From the NCBI GenBank assembly GCA_943704425.1, contig CALSCP010001830.1, forward strand, positions 1-44,104: a DNA stretch of 44,104 nt, written 5' to 3'. This DNA is from Ministeria vibrans ATCC 50519 (taxonomy: Eukaryota > Protista > Filasterea). This document shows, in pieces, positions 13,861 to 25,602 of this stretch (position 1 is the stretch's first letter; every line of letters starts with the position of its first letter). The notes below the pieces were generated by a model. It was not told the origin of the DNA, searched no databases, and was given only the letters and a program-made list of their open reading frames with translations. The translations under genes and the position numbers were made by a program.

Positions 13861-14094
13861 TTTTTTTTTTTTTTTTTCTTCTTCATTCTTCTGTCCTTCT
13901 CATCGCGTCCACGGTTGAGCAATGGACACCCCGCAATGCCGGGAGTGTTTTCAATTTGTGCCAGTGTGTTGATCCTCTGTGGGCGTGGAAGAGCCCGCTG
14001 TGCGACACAGTGCACTCTGTGTGTTGTGTGTTGGGTGTGTGCGTGGTGGAACGTGCAAATCTAACGCTGTCCCCCTTGCTACTGTTGATTGCAG

Positions 14095-14784
14095 CCGCGT
14101 TCACGCGCGTCCGATGGTCAGTGGGGACACGATCTTTTTGGAGCGGGACCGTCTGCTGCTGCATCGGCGGCGCCAGCACGATCTGAGGCACCTGTAAAGA
14201 CGGTGTTGCGAGTCACGAACCTTGACTATGGCGTGACAGACAACGACTTGAAGGAGCTCTTTGGTGAGTTTGGTGGCATTGAATCGACCAGCATCTTCTA
14301 CAACCGTGAGGGAGCGTCGACGGGCGCAGGCGAAGTGGTCTTCAAGGGCCGCCAGTCGGCAGAGAAGGCACTGCGCAAGTACAACGGAGTGACACTCGAC
14401 GGCAAGCCAATGCGACTGGAGATTCTCGAGCCAGTCAACACGTCAGTCAAGAGCCGTCTGGGCGCGACTCACGTTGCAACGCGAGTTGTTGCCGCCTCGC
14501 CGCCCATGCAGCGACAGCGCAACAGCCACAGCGGCTCTGGTGCGGGACCGGTGCGTCACGAGCGAGGCACGCGTGTGGCGCGTGGCACTGACCGCCGTGA
14601 CGGCCGTAGCAGCAGCACACGTGGGGGTGGCCGTGGAGGCAATAGCACCAGTGGTCCCCGTGTGCGTGCTGCACCCGCCTCGGTCGATGACCTTGACTCC
14701 ACTCTGGACGCTTACATGGCCCAGGGCGCAGACGCATCCTCTGCCGCCCCTGAAACATCCGCTGTTGCCGACGATGGCGAATGA
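14095..14784 (+). CDS. ALYREF: ALY/REF mRNA export adaptor (THOC4), last exon; 5' exon in the gap
   Basis: Acceptor gcag at 14091-14094. WGHDLF motif, RRM (LRVTNLDYGVTDNDLKELF...YNGVTLDGKPM), C-terminal REF box SVDDLDSTLDAYM. Confidence 0.9.
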   Translation, partial: PRSRASDGQWGHDLFGAGPSAAASAAPARSEAPVKTVLRVTNLDYGVTDNDLKELFGEFGGIESTSIFYNREGASTGAGEVVFKGRQSAEKALRKYNGVTLDGKPMRLEILEPVNTSVKSRLGATHVATRVVAASPPMQRQRNSHSGSGAGPVRHERGTRVARGTDRRDGRSSSTRGGGRGGNSTSGPRVRAAPASVDDLDSTLDAYMAQGADASSAAPETSAVADDGE

Positions 14785-14924
14785 GCTGCACCGCTCTTAC
14801 ACTCACAGACAGACATACATACACACACACATTCTCTCTCTCTCTCTTTCTTTTTCTTTCCCAATGCAAAAGTGTCATAATACGATTGTGTATGAAAAAT
14901 AAGCAAAAATTATAAGACGTCTAT

Positions 14925-15204
14925 CTAATTGATGACTGTGTACGTCTGATTGTTGCGACGACGCGACAGCAACATTAACAGAATGAGAGTGCCGCCAGTA
15001 CCGAGCACAAGAAACGCGGTCACGATGCCCGTGTTGATCAGAAACCCTAACGAGACGGGAAAAAAGAGAGTGACAGAAAGAGATGAATTAATATTAGTAA
15101 AGTCAGCTATTTCTCGCTATCACTTCGTTTCTCTCTTTATCCTTCTTTGTTCTTTCTTTTCTCTATCGCTTTGTTATTCTCCCTCTTTTCACACACACAT
15201 ACAA

Positions 15205-15238
<34 letters not shown>

Positions 15239-16009
15239 ATACATACACACACACCCTCCCTCTTTTTGAGTGCTTAGTATGTCATACCGACTGAAGTGAG
15301 CAAATGCGGAGCGTAGAAAAACACAATGGCCGTTGCGAGTGCCTGCCATAACTTCCACGACGCAAACGCATCGCTCGTTTCCTACGCGCTCACAAACGTT
15401 TTAACCCAAATTGATTTGAAATTCTTAGATCTACCTCCTTTCGAAAGTGCGTTGAGAGAAGATTCGACAACTGAGTGTTCCAGACAGAATCGCCAATGCC
15501 AAGGAGCGCAGCGCCAGCGTAAAACCCCCAACAGCCATCGATGCAGTGCACATCGGCAGCAGCACCCACAGCAGTGGAGACAAACGACTCACTGGCATAC
15601 AGAGCGTTGATCGTCAGATTGCCACCCGTCTCCCACTTATTGTGCACTTCGGGGTAGCCCAAGAACATGGCATAGCCAAAGACAAGCGCATGTGATGCAA
15701 ACCCAATCATGACAATGATGGCCACGCGCGGAAGCGTGCTGCCCAGTCGTCCAAACGCAAGCGAGCCGAGCACATCCGTCACTCCAAACACCAGCATGTA
15801 CTTGCCCACCTCGCTCTTGGTCACAATCACCTGACTCGTAAACGTACCCCAGCACCACGCCTGCTCAAGACCGCTGTAGAAGAAAGCACACAGTAACAGA
15901 GCCACGCGCCAGTCCGCCGTGATTCGCAGATTCGACGTGATCGTCTCCCACGCTGAGCGCGAGTCCAACGGACTGTCGTCTGCAGCAGTGTCCCCATAGT
16001 CACTTGGAC
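14925..16009 (-). CDS. UNC-93-like MFS transporter, C-terminal half only
   Basis: LLLCAFFYSGLEQAW.WGTFT, MLVFGVTDVLGSLAFGRL, LLGIGDSVWNTQL; ends RRNNQTYTVIN-stop, which contains a YxxPhi motif. The exon starts at an acceptor at 16009 and no upstream exons are visible. Confidence 0.8.
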
Positions 16010-16069
16010 CTGCACATCAAAACACGCGCAAAAATTATATCATTCTTTTTGTTTCTTCTTCCTCCTCCT

Positions 16070-16421
<352 letters not shown>

Positions 16422-16427
16422 GTGCAG

Positions 16428-16715
16428 GTTGAGGAGCGACTGAGCTTCTACGACACGGGAGCAGCGCCGCGCAAGAACACAGACGTGATGAGCGAGGCTG
16501 TCAAGGAGGCAGGACCGCTGACGGAAGGGGGCGCAGAGAGCGCGCCTGCAACGCCCAGCGGTGGCAGTGCCAAGAAGAGCAAGAAGAGCAAGAAGCGCAA
16601 GGCAGAAGACGAGGAACCCACGGCCGCAGCCGACGACCTGGACGTGTCCATGGCCGACGACAGTGCCCCTTCGTCTGACAAGAAAAAGAAGAAGAAGAAG
16701 AAGAGCAAGGACTAA
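16428..16715 (+). CDS. NOP56: Terminal exon of nucleolar protein 56; the rest of the gene is not in the window
   Basis: Acceptor tgcag at 16423-16427. VEERLSFYDTGAAPRKNTDVM followed by a Lys-rich tail (KKKKKKKKSKD-stop) matches the NOP56 C-terminus. Confidence 0.85.
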   Translation, partial: VEERLSFYDTGAAPRKNTDVMSEAVKEAGPLTEGGAESAPATPSGGSAKKSKKSKKRKAEDEEPTAAADDLDVSMADDSAPSSDKKKKKKKKSKD

Positions 16716-16957
16716 ACTCGCCTTTGTTTGGGTTGGTTCTTTTTCAGAGCGCGTTCGTTTTGTGTGTGTGTGAGTGTGTTTTGTTTTTCTTTGAGTAAAA
16801 AACAACTAACAGAAACCAAGAAGAACAGATAAGCATTTTTTATAATTCGGGCGAGATCGTGTTTGTTTTGTTTTGTGGGGCTTCAGTTTTCTGAGTCATA
16901 TGCACAACTAATAGTAACCAAACAGAGCAGTGAACTGAGTTTTGTTTTTTATTTTTA

Positions 16958-18368
16958 TTATGCCCCAAACTTTTGCTCATATGAATACATATCTACAATG
17001 GCCGAAAGAACTGCTCCAAGACCTAATGAAAGGGGAAAAATAGAACGACGGGTTCAGATGGAGACGTCAGTGTGTGGGATGCTTGAGTCAACCTCCATTG
17101 GCCGAGCGGCAGTAGGACTGTGGGCGGTTCATATAGCCATCCTTTGAGCTCTGAATGCCAGTGCCGTCGCAGATAAACTGTACAGAGCCGTCAGGGTCAA
17201 TGGCATGGCGGAGGAGGCCCGCCCAGGCACGGCGGAGAGGCTCATCGAACTCAGAAGGGCTTAGGTGGCCCTGCAGGACGCCTCGCGCCAGGCTGCTAAT
17301 AACCATTGCTGTAACGCTCGTCTCTGCAAACGTGTCTGTTTCGTTGACCAGCTGGTGGAATCGTCCGTCGTCTGGAATTTGCCATTGGACGACTGCGCGT
17401 GCGTGTGCGACAAAGATGTCCTTGAGCTGTGCGACCGTGGCGTTTGCTTCCGGGTACATTTCCAGGGTTTCAAGCATTTCCACATGTGACATGAGTCCCC
17501 AGCCATTGGCACGGCCCCACTTGCAGCAGCTGCGGTGCTGGTCGAGGTGGTTGTAGCCGTGCGAGTAGAGCCCGTCTGCAGGGTCGACAAAGTATTGTGT
17601 GAAGTGCTGTGGCATTGTTGACACGGACGCGAGATAGGCGTTGTTGCGTGAGATGCGCAGTAGACGTGCCATCAACACCAGGCCCATGTACCTGCAAAAA
17701 AAGAAAAGAAAAAAATCAACAAAACATCGTTGAGTGTCCTTCTCGCGTGCAATGGTGTTGTTAACTGATCGTCGCCCCACAGGAACGTGTGATTGCCATC
17801 CTGTTCGCCGGGCCAGCCCTTGTCGCGTGAAAACGTATTGTCCGGGAGACGTTTGGGCCAGCCGAGGATGTAGTGGTCGGCGACACGGGTCGCAATCGCA
17901 AGATCAGTGGCGTTGTCGAGCGAGGGTCGCCAGTGGCGATTGTACGTCGCTTGAGCGAGGTAGGCGATCGGGAAGAGGCCGATGAAGTCCCCCACAGCAT
18001 TGCCGAAGGGCAGTGTGATATTGCGAAGGATATAGTGGCCGGGCGAGAGGCGTGAGGTCGTCAGGTTGAGCAGGCGGCCGTCAAGGACATCCACATAGCG
18101 CGTTCGCAACTGCCCGAGTAAAAATCACTCAATCAGTGCGCTTTTCGCGCTCTTCTCTCCCGATTTGTACCTCTGGAATGGTATCGGAGATGCGCCAGAG
18201 GCCGTCAAAGATGAGGGCCCCGCCGTAGTCCCAGTCGAGGAAAGGACAGGCGTGGCGGAAGGAGACGATCTCATCGGCGACTCGTTGCGCGACCGACGCA
18301 GGACTCTCCAGCGCCAAACTCAAATGACCAACACAGCAGAATATCAAGAGGCCACCCAAGGCTCGCAT
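16958..18368 (-). CDS. Secreted glycoside hydrolase family 105/88 (unsaturated glucuronyl/rhamnogalacturonyl hydrolase-like), multi-exon
   Basis: Signal peptide MRALGGLLIFCCVGHLSLA; DWDYGG, LWGDDQ|YMG, GLYSHG, WGRANGW, GRFHQLV, ETSVTAM, ICDGTG. A last small exon GLGAVLSA...stop ends at 16958. Confidence 0.85.
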
Positions 18369-18832
18369 TTAGAAACGAAGTGATGATTGATGAATATTCA
18401 ATGTATTTTAAATATTGTGTCTTTGTCATTACACTAACTATTAAGATTTTGCTGTTGATCCTGGTGACTGTATCATAAATAAATGGGTTGCATTCTTCTT
18501 CTAACTATTAAGACGCACTATAATTCGAATAATTTCTACTGACATGCCCTTACTTCTTAGCATAACAAAGTGCGTCGACAAACGCGCCACAACCTTGTTT
18601 GTTTATGTGTTGTTTGCTCTTATTGAACAAGAAGCGTCAGATGACTGTTCTTCTGGTCACGTCTGATGTGTCAAAGACGTACGGAAGGACTTCAAACTGT
18701 GCGTTCTGTTGCTTCTGCCAAACACACACCACACATGATAGTTCTGAAAGAAAGCAACGCAGCGCAGCTGTGAAGGCGCTCGAGAGAACGACGACAGAAT
18801 GAAGATGATAGTATTCTCCTTTTTAATGACAA

Positions 18833-20662
18833 TCAACGACGCGAGGAGAGAGAGGGTCGCCAGAGCGGGGTGCGCTGAGCGTCGTCGGTGGGAGTTACCT
18901 TGACCACGACAACGCCATGCAGTGGGACCTGCGCCGAGTACTCGCCGTAGAACACGCCCAGGTCTGTCTTGGCATAGAGATCGCGGATGTGTGCGCCCGA
19001 CATGGGCGACAGACCAAGGTCAGTAAAGTCGAGGGTCATGGGAGCGTGCTTGTACGGACTGCCCTGCGTGTGACGGTTGAACATGACCACGGCACGCGAG
19101 CCATCGCTCAGCGGGCCCGCCCAAATCTACAAAAAAACAAACAGATAAAAAAAAGTAGTAGGTGAGTGAGTGAGCGGGTGAGTGTGAGTAAGGTGTAGGT
19201 AGACCTGTTCTGGGCCTTCGGCGCGCACAAGGTCACCGGGAACACCAAGCGGGTCCTAAGAGGAATGCAGACAATGACAGTGTAAGTAAGTGCGGATGAG
19301 AGTGTCCAGAGTGTGTGCTACTTGGTTAATGGCGATAATTTCGTCGGCGAGCAGGGTTGCCTTGGTCGTGTCCGACATCTGTGTGACATCACAGCCAATG
19401 AGAAGAGGGCTCTTTCCCAGTGCCCACAGTGCAAAGTGCGCTCGTCCTTCGTCGTCTGAGATCCCCTCATTGCCAACTGTGAACAAATTATTAGTATTAA
19501 AGGAATTGGCAAGTGAAGGCTTTTGTTTTTCGATTGGGTCTCTCGCGTGCGGCTGAGTCACTTTGTGTGTGCATGTGACTGTGAGTGAGTCGGGTTGTTC
19601 TCCCTCTCTCTCTCTCTCTCTCTCTCTCATTTCCCTGTACGCCAGAGTGTGTTCCAAATGAATTGTGTTGTATACCTTCCAACATGTCAAAGTCATTGAA
19701 TCCACCGGGACCAGCAAATGCACTCAGTCCAATGTTGTTGTCAAGACAACGCAGCAGTGAGTTCCAGTCGGGTTGAACATCTTTGCAAGAGAGCAAGCAC
19801 ATGCAAACACACACACAAAATGAGACAGACAGAGAGAGAGAGAGAGAGAAGGACAGGTGAGAGGGCGAGTGTTAGGGTAAAAGTTGCGTCTACTGTTCGT
19901 TGAGTCTACCGTCAGTTGTGCGCCACGAGTTGCCGACGGACTGCGCCCATCGCCAGGGCGACCGCGTGCCCCAGTCACACATGGAGAACTACCACAATAA
20001 GAGTTAAGCACCCAACTGGTTGCTTTCAGTTTGTAGCGTACAAGAATGGGGCGTCCGGTGGCGTTGAGTGCGTCGCGCATTGCCGAGTAGCGCACCTGCG
20101 GCTCGGTGGGGCCCGAGTTGCAGTTATCGTACTTGAGATAGTCAACCTTCCACTGCGCGTACGTGTTGGCGTCGTTCTAGAAGAAGACGCAGGAGTGGGT
20201 GGGTGTGATGATCCCCAGCAGGTGTCATACCTTTTCGTAGCCAAGGCTGCCCGGACGACCAGCGCACGTATGCGACCCGGCGTCCGAGTAGATGCCAAAC
20301 TTAAGACCCTTGGAGTGGACGTAGTCGACGAGGGCCGGGATGCCGGACGGGAAGGCGGTCGCGTCGGCCACAATTGTCCCATTGGCGTCGCGGGACGAAG
20401 CCCAGCACTACACGGGACGCAGTAAGCGACATGGCGCTGGATGCAATGCGCCGCTTACGTCGTCGATGTTCAGGTAGGTGTAGTACTTGTTGAGGCCGGT
20501 CGAGACAAGGGCGTCGGCGGTGTCGCGGACGAGTTGTTCGTTGATGGCGCAGTGGAACTTGTTCCAAGTGTTGAAGCCCATTGCAGGCTTGCGCCCCAGA
20601 CCGTTGTCGAGTGCAGCGCACACGGACACTACGGCGAGGAAGTACAAGCACAGAGTTTGCAT
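18833..20662 (-). CDS. Alpha-galactosidase / alpha-N-acetylgalactosaminidase (GH27), multi-exon
   Basis: Signal peptide, [74 protein letters not shown]-terminal [10 protein letters not shown]. Confidence 0.93.
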
Positions 20663-20793
20663 GTTCAAGTAATAATGTGGCTTCTAAGTTCTAATTTCAA
20701 TTGTCGAGGGAGTAAACTTGACGGTTCGAGTTCACTCTCACCGAATTAGATCATTAAAATAATAGTGCAGCATTCATTTTCCCACTTCCCAAG

Positions 20794-21874
20794 ATGAGGT
20801 GGATACCCGGCTTGTTTGCCCTGGCCAAATCCAGTGTGGTGACCACACCGATTTTCTATGCCAACGCCGGTACCAATATATCCTCGATACTTCTGCTGTG
20901 CTGTTTCCCTCTCACGTTGCGTGTCCAGAGCCCCACATTGGCCACTTGTACTCGGCGGTGCTTGCTGATGTCCACACCCGCTTTTTGGCGCTAGCCGGCC
21001 ATCACTCACGGCTGCTGACGGGCACAGACGAACACGGCGCGAAGGTACAATTTCAAAACACATTATGTCTTTTCCCCTTCTCATTCTGCATTTCTGCCAG
21101 ATCTATCGCTCGGCCAAGGCGCTGGGGCTGAATCCTCAAGAGCATTGCGACATGGTCACAGAGAAATTCCGATCGCTGTTTGCATTGGCTGACATTCAGG
21201 TGGACACGTACACACGCACTAGCAGCCCATCGCACTCGGCGCTTGTCCACCGAGCCTGGCGGAAACTGGTCGCGTCGGGCCACCTCACGAAAGGTGTCCA
21301 TACAGGCTGGTACAACGTGCAAGATGAGGCTTACGTGCCTGATGGTCAAGTCACCGAGAGTGGACAGTACGCGAGAATTGCAGTGCAGGTTGACGTTTGA
21401 CGTGTGACACACCACTCTTCTGTTTCAGTTGTGCTGTGACGGGCGAAGCACTTGAGAGACGCAGCGAAGAGTCCTACTTCTTTGAGATGCGCCCATACCT
21501 TCCTCGCATCCGCAAGTGGATTGTCCGAGAAGCAGTCATTCTTCCCCGTAACACGAGAGAAAATGGAAGAAGAGTATGACTCATAGTGCATCACTGAGTA
21601 GAAATGCGACTTGGACAGATTCTGGCGGATCTGGACGAACGAGAGCGCAGCGGAAACACACGCGTGTCCGTCTCACGTGCAATTGTACCCCACAAGAGTG
21701 ACTCCATGGGTGGCAGCAGTGGGTCACCAAGTGACAGTGTGTCGGGCAGCTCTGGACAGGAGGGTGAGCGGGAGTGGGGTGTGTATGTGCCGGATGATCG
21801 TTCACACACGGTGTATGTGTGGTTGGATGCACTCACTGCTTATCTCACTGGTAAGTAACGCTACTCACGCGCAC

Positions 21875-21929
<55 letters not shown>

Positions 21930-23393
21930 CAAATTAATGTATTAATAATTATATTATCATTATTTTGATTTATGTTTAGATATTGAGAAACCGCAAAGGA
22001 TGACCCATATTATTGGAATGGATATTGCGCGCTTTCATTGTGTGTACTGGCCCGCGTTTCTGTGTGCCAGTAAGCTAGTCAAATTTATATTAATATTATT
22101 AATATGATACTATAATAATTTTTCATTATTCCTTTTTTCTTTCTTTCCAAAGTGAAAATGAATCTCCCGAAACAAATTCTTATTCACGGTCATTGGACTG
22201 TCGACGTACGAAAACACACAAAAAAAGAAAAGAAGCACAGTAAAACCTTAATAATGTTATTTTTTAAAAAAAATGTGTGTAGGGAGAAAAAATTTCAAAG
22301 CGCAAACAAAACTACACATCACCAGAAGAAATGCTGACACGCACGTACACCACACAACGACCGAAAGCAAAGAAACACACGTACGCAAAGAAACAGCGGG
22401 AGGCAGAGGCGCGCGCAAGAGAGGCACCGGCGGATGAAACGCGTTCGGAGCGTGTTCGCGACGCGTTTGCGAGTTGTGTGCTGCGGTTTGCGCTGCTCTG
22501 GGACAGCGCTGCAAACCGCAATGCCAACTTTGACGAGAGCGCGGTCAGGTCACTTCGAGAAGAACTGCTGCTCAACCAGTGGGGGAATCTCTATCAGCGA
22601 ATTTCAGGTAAAAGCTTATTCATTAGCTGTTTATCATCGTTTGATTTTCATTTTAATGTGTTGTGTATGTGTAATAGGACCGAAAATCAACATTTGGGGT
22701 GGATATCCGGCCCTGAGCACGGTTGAGTCGTATTTCACTCCAGAGGTAAAGGAATAATAACAATCGCAAATGAGAGAAATATGTTTTGACTGATCTTTAT
22801 ATTATTAGATGAAAAGTCATTTGGATGAGCTGTATGGATTGAGTCCCGAACTGCTTCGCTTCTATTCGCGGTTTGAGTATCAGTCGGCACTCAGAGCGAT
22901 TTTCAAGCAGATCAGGTGAGAGTGGGTCTCAAGAAGACACGGAAGGAGAGCAATGCATAATGTAATAACTGTGCAATTTTTGTGCAAATAGGAATGGGAA
23001 TGGGATTGTGGAGCACATGGAGCCCTGGAAGATGGCACGGGAAGTGCAGGAGGAGCGGCAGCAGCAGCGAGCGCTAAGCGCGGAGGGACTGCAGAGGGAA
23101 GGGCAGCTTAAAGCACTGATCCACGTTGCGCTTGAGACGGTCCGTGTCAGCTCAGTGTGGCTCTCGCCCGTCACTCCAAAGGTACCATGCATACACACAC
23201 ACACCTTCTCTCTGTCTTTCTCTGTTGCACTCATGATCAGTGTCTATGTTTGTAGATATCACGGGCGATGCTTGAGCGGCTGGGAGTGCGGGAGAATGAG
23301 CGGAGTTGGGCGAGCGCAGAGGGTCCAATGAGGCGCGACAGTCACTTGCTGTCGGGCGACGGGAGTGTACTTTTGACACGCTTGTATGATTGA
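20794..23393 (+). CDS. MARS2: Mitochondrial-type methionyl-tRNA synthetase, multi-exon, divergent
   Basis: TTPIFYANA|[59 protein letters not shown]. The KMSKS position reads KISKR. Stop at 23391-23393. Confidence 0.88.
21876..21928. repeat. (AAT)n microsatellite in a MetRS intron
   Basis: Run of aat triplets. Confidence 0.9.
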
Positions 23394-23491
23394 ATTTCGT
23401 TGTCTTTAATATGAGGTTACAATATGGGACGGTGGTACAGAATGATCGTGGTTAGGGGGGGACTACGTCTTATTAAATGTGTGTGCAGTGG

Positions 23492-24268
23492 TCATCTCCA
23501 CATGAGGTTTGTGATAAGGAGAATATCGGGTGCGGGGGCTTGGACGATGACGGTGGCGGAGGCGGACGGGGAGAAGAGGAGAAGGAGCATCCAGGTGGGT
23601 GCGGAAATGGTCGTTGGAGTGCATGGCATAGGTTGAAGGTCACAGAGAAGCAGTTGCAAAGGTTGGGATGACTGGAGGGTGGCGGTGAGGGAGTGCAGGA
23701 GTGATGCTGAGTTGAATGCACCGCTCGTTTGCTGGCCGTGCACCGTTGTGCAACTGTCAGTGGGGTGGAACAGCTCCTGTAGAGCGTGTGGGGTCTCGCT
23801 TGTGAGTGATTGTACAAAGCTGGAGAGGAACGCGTCGAGAAGGCGTGAGTAGTCTGCGGCGGTCGATGGAGGGTGGGTGACGTCTGAGCGCACTTGTTGT
23901 TGATGTCCGAACAACGAGTAGTTGTCGTAGACGGAGCCCGCCGCGGTGGTGGTGGTGGTGGTGGGACTGTTGTCGGCCATGCGTAGGTCGTCGTCCGTCT
24001 CTTCGGTCACCATGGCGTTGCCTCGAAGTCGTTTTGCTCGGCCAGCCGAGAGAACTTCGCCCGACGCCGCAAACGCCCCTTCAGCGGTGCGAATTCGCTG
24101 AGTCTCAAGAATGCCCGTTGCGGCGTTGAGGAGGGCAGCGACTGACGGGCCAGGGCTGGAGGCGCGCGAAGGCGGAGGTGCTTTGGGCGGATCTTCAACA
24201 ATGGCATGGATGCGACTGTCCAAGGTCGGGGCGAGGAGAGCATCGTCGCACTCCTCAATGAGAACCAT
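23492..24268 (-). CDS. Hypothetical protein with low-complexity N-terminus and a divergent NTF2-like C-terminal domain
   Basis: 258-aa ORF. The C-terminal ~120 aa follow the NTF2 pattern: F..F, LQELFH..SCTTVHGQQTSG, LLCDLQP, LITNLMWR-stop. Confidence 0.5.
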   Translation of the reverse strand: MVLIEECDDALLAPTLDSRIHAIVEDPPKAPPPSRASSPGPSVAALLNAATGILETQRIRTAEGAFAASGEVLSAGRAKRLRGNAMVTEETDDDLRMADNSPTTTTTTAAGSVYDNYSLFGHQQQVRSDVTHPPSTAADYSRLLDAFLSSFVQSLTSETPHALQELFHPTDSCTTVHGQQTSGAFNSASLLHSLTATLQSSQPLQLLLCDLQPMPCTPTTISAPTWMLLLLFSPSASATVIVQAPAPDILLITNLMWR

Positions 24269-24369
24269 TGAGGATCCTGCGTTAAGGGGGCACCCAGAGA
24301 GTCACGCAGAGAGGATATAGGGATGGTCAGAGCACGCTCATAGTACTCAAGAGCACGACTGTAGTCTCC

Positions 24370-24379
24370 NNNNNNNNNN
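24370..24379. other. Small assembly gap
   Basis: 10 n bases. Confidence 0.99.
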
Positions 24380-24557
24380 GTCAGTGGTGATTGCGCCGGG
24401 CGACGTGGTCGAGGCGAAGTGTAATCTCAAAAGAAAAGTGAAGAACAAATAATTATATTCAGCCTGATTGGTTATTTGGTTCTCGAAGTAGTTCTCTTTA
24501 TTCTGCTGTGACTCTTGCATCGGCCGAAACAAAAATACGCCTGGCTAGTCATCGATC

Positions 24558-25360
24558 ATGGAACTTGCAGACTATCTGGTCTCGTGTGGTCGTCTTCTGC
24601 GATTGGGTTCGGCGACCATTGCAACCGCATCGTCTCTCGTCTCTGAATACATTGTTGCCGAGGCGGCCTGGCGACGGGAGCGACACACCCATTCTAATGA
24701 GTATGGGCAAGAGTGATCGCACGTTTGTCCTCTCTGACTTGTCTGGTTTTCCGGTTTGATGTTAGAGCGACGCTCGACGATTATCTGCTGATTACGACTG
24801 CGCTGTTTGTTGCGAGCAAGGTTGAAGAACACCCGCGGCGCATACGAGACGTTGTTAGTACATGTCATCATCATTTGTGCGGCGGCGAGGAGGTGCTGGC
24901 GGCCACCAGCGACAAGTACTCGCGTTTGCGCGCGGCCGTCATCAACACAGAGATTCTTCTGCTCCGCTCGTGCGCTTTTCGCGTTCCCCGTGCCGGCGAA
25001 CAGCCCCACGAACTTGTTTTATTCTACTTGACCTCCCTGGAGCAGAGCGTGTCGGGGGCGTCGCGGTGGATCGACGCAGTGGCCCAACTGGCGTGGACCT
25101 TCTGCTCCGATTACACCAGCTACTCTCCATTGCTTGCGGCGCTCAACGGCCGATCAGACCGTCCGCGCACACCGTTCACTGGCTCGGGTGCACGCTCGTT
25201 TAGACCGCGCGACATTGCTGCGGGCGCTATCCAGTTTGCACTGGATGTCCACGGCGTCACACTGCGTCTCGACCAAGACCGGCTCTTTGACTCGCCCATT
25301 GCCACAGTCTCGGACGTTCAGCGCGACATGCTTTTGTTCTACGAGCAGGTTCAGCTTTGA
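24558..25360 (+). CDS. CCNQ: Cyclin Q (FAM58A/cyclin M)-like transcriptional cyclin, 2 exons
   Basis: Exon 1 MELADYLVSCGRLLRLGSATIATAS (24558-24700), intron 24701-24765, then DDYLLITTALFVASKVEEHPRRIRDVV, EILLLR, PH..V.FYL, AWTFCSD. Confidence 0.7.
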
Positions 25361-25373
25361 CCCAAGACACGCA

Positions 25374-25375
<2 letters not shown>

Positions 25376-25459
<84 letters not shown>

Positions 25460-25463
25460 CATA

Positions 25464-25500
<37 letters not shown>

Positions 25501-25510
25501 GTATACACAC
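25376..25510. repeat. (CA)n microsatellite between the convergent cyclin and MECR genes
   Basis: Long ac run. Confidence 0.9.
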
Positions 25511-25602
25511 CAGAAAGAGCACGCAACTGTACCCATTTGTACACATCAAATTTGTATCATTTTATTTTTAAACGTTTCCTTTGCCTTCTTTGCAATTGTG
25601 GC

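Noticed and set aside
12781-14064. Long ORFs spanning X residues
   Set aside because: Artefacts of the N-gap.
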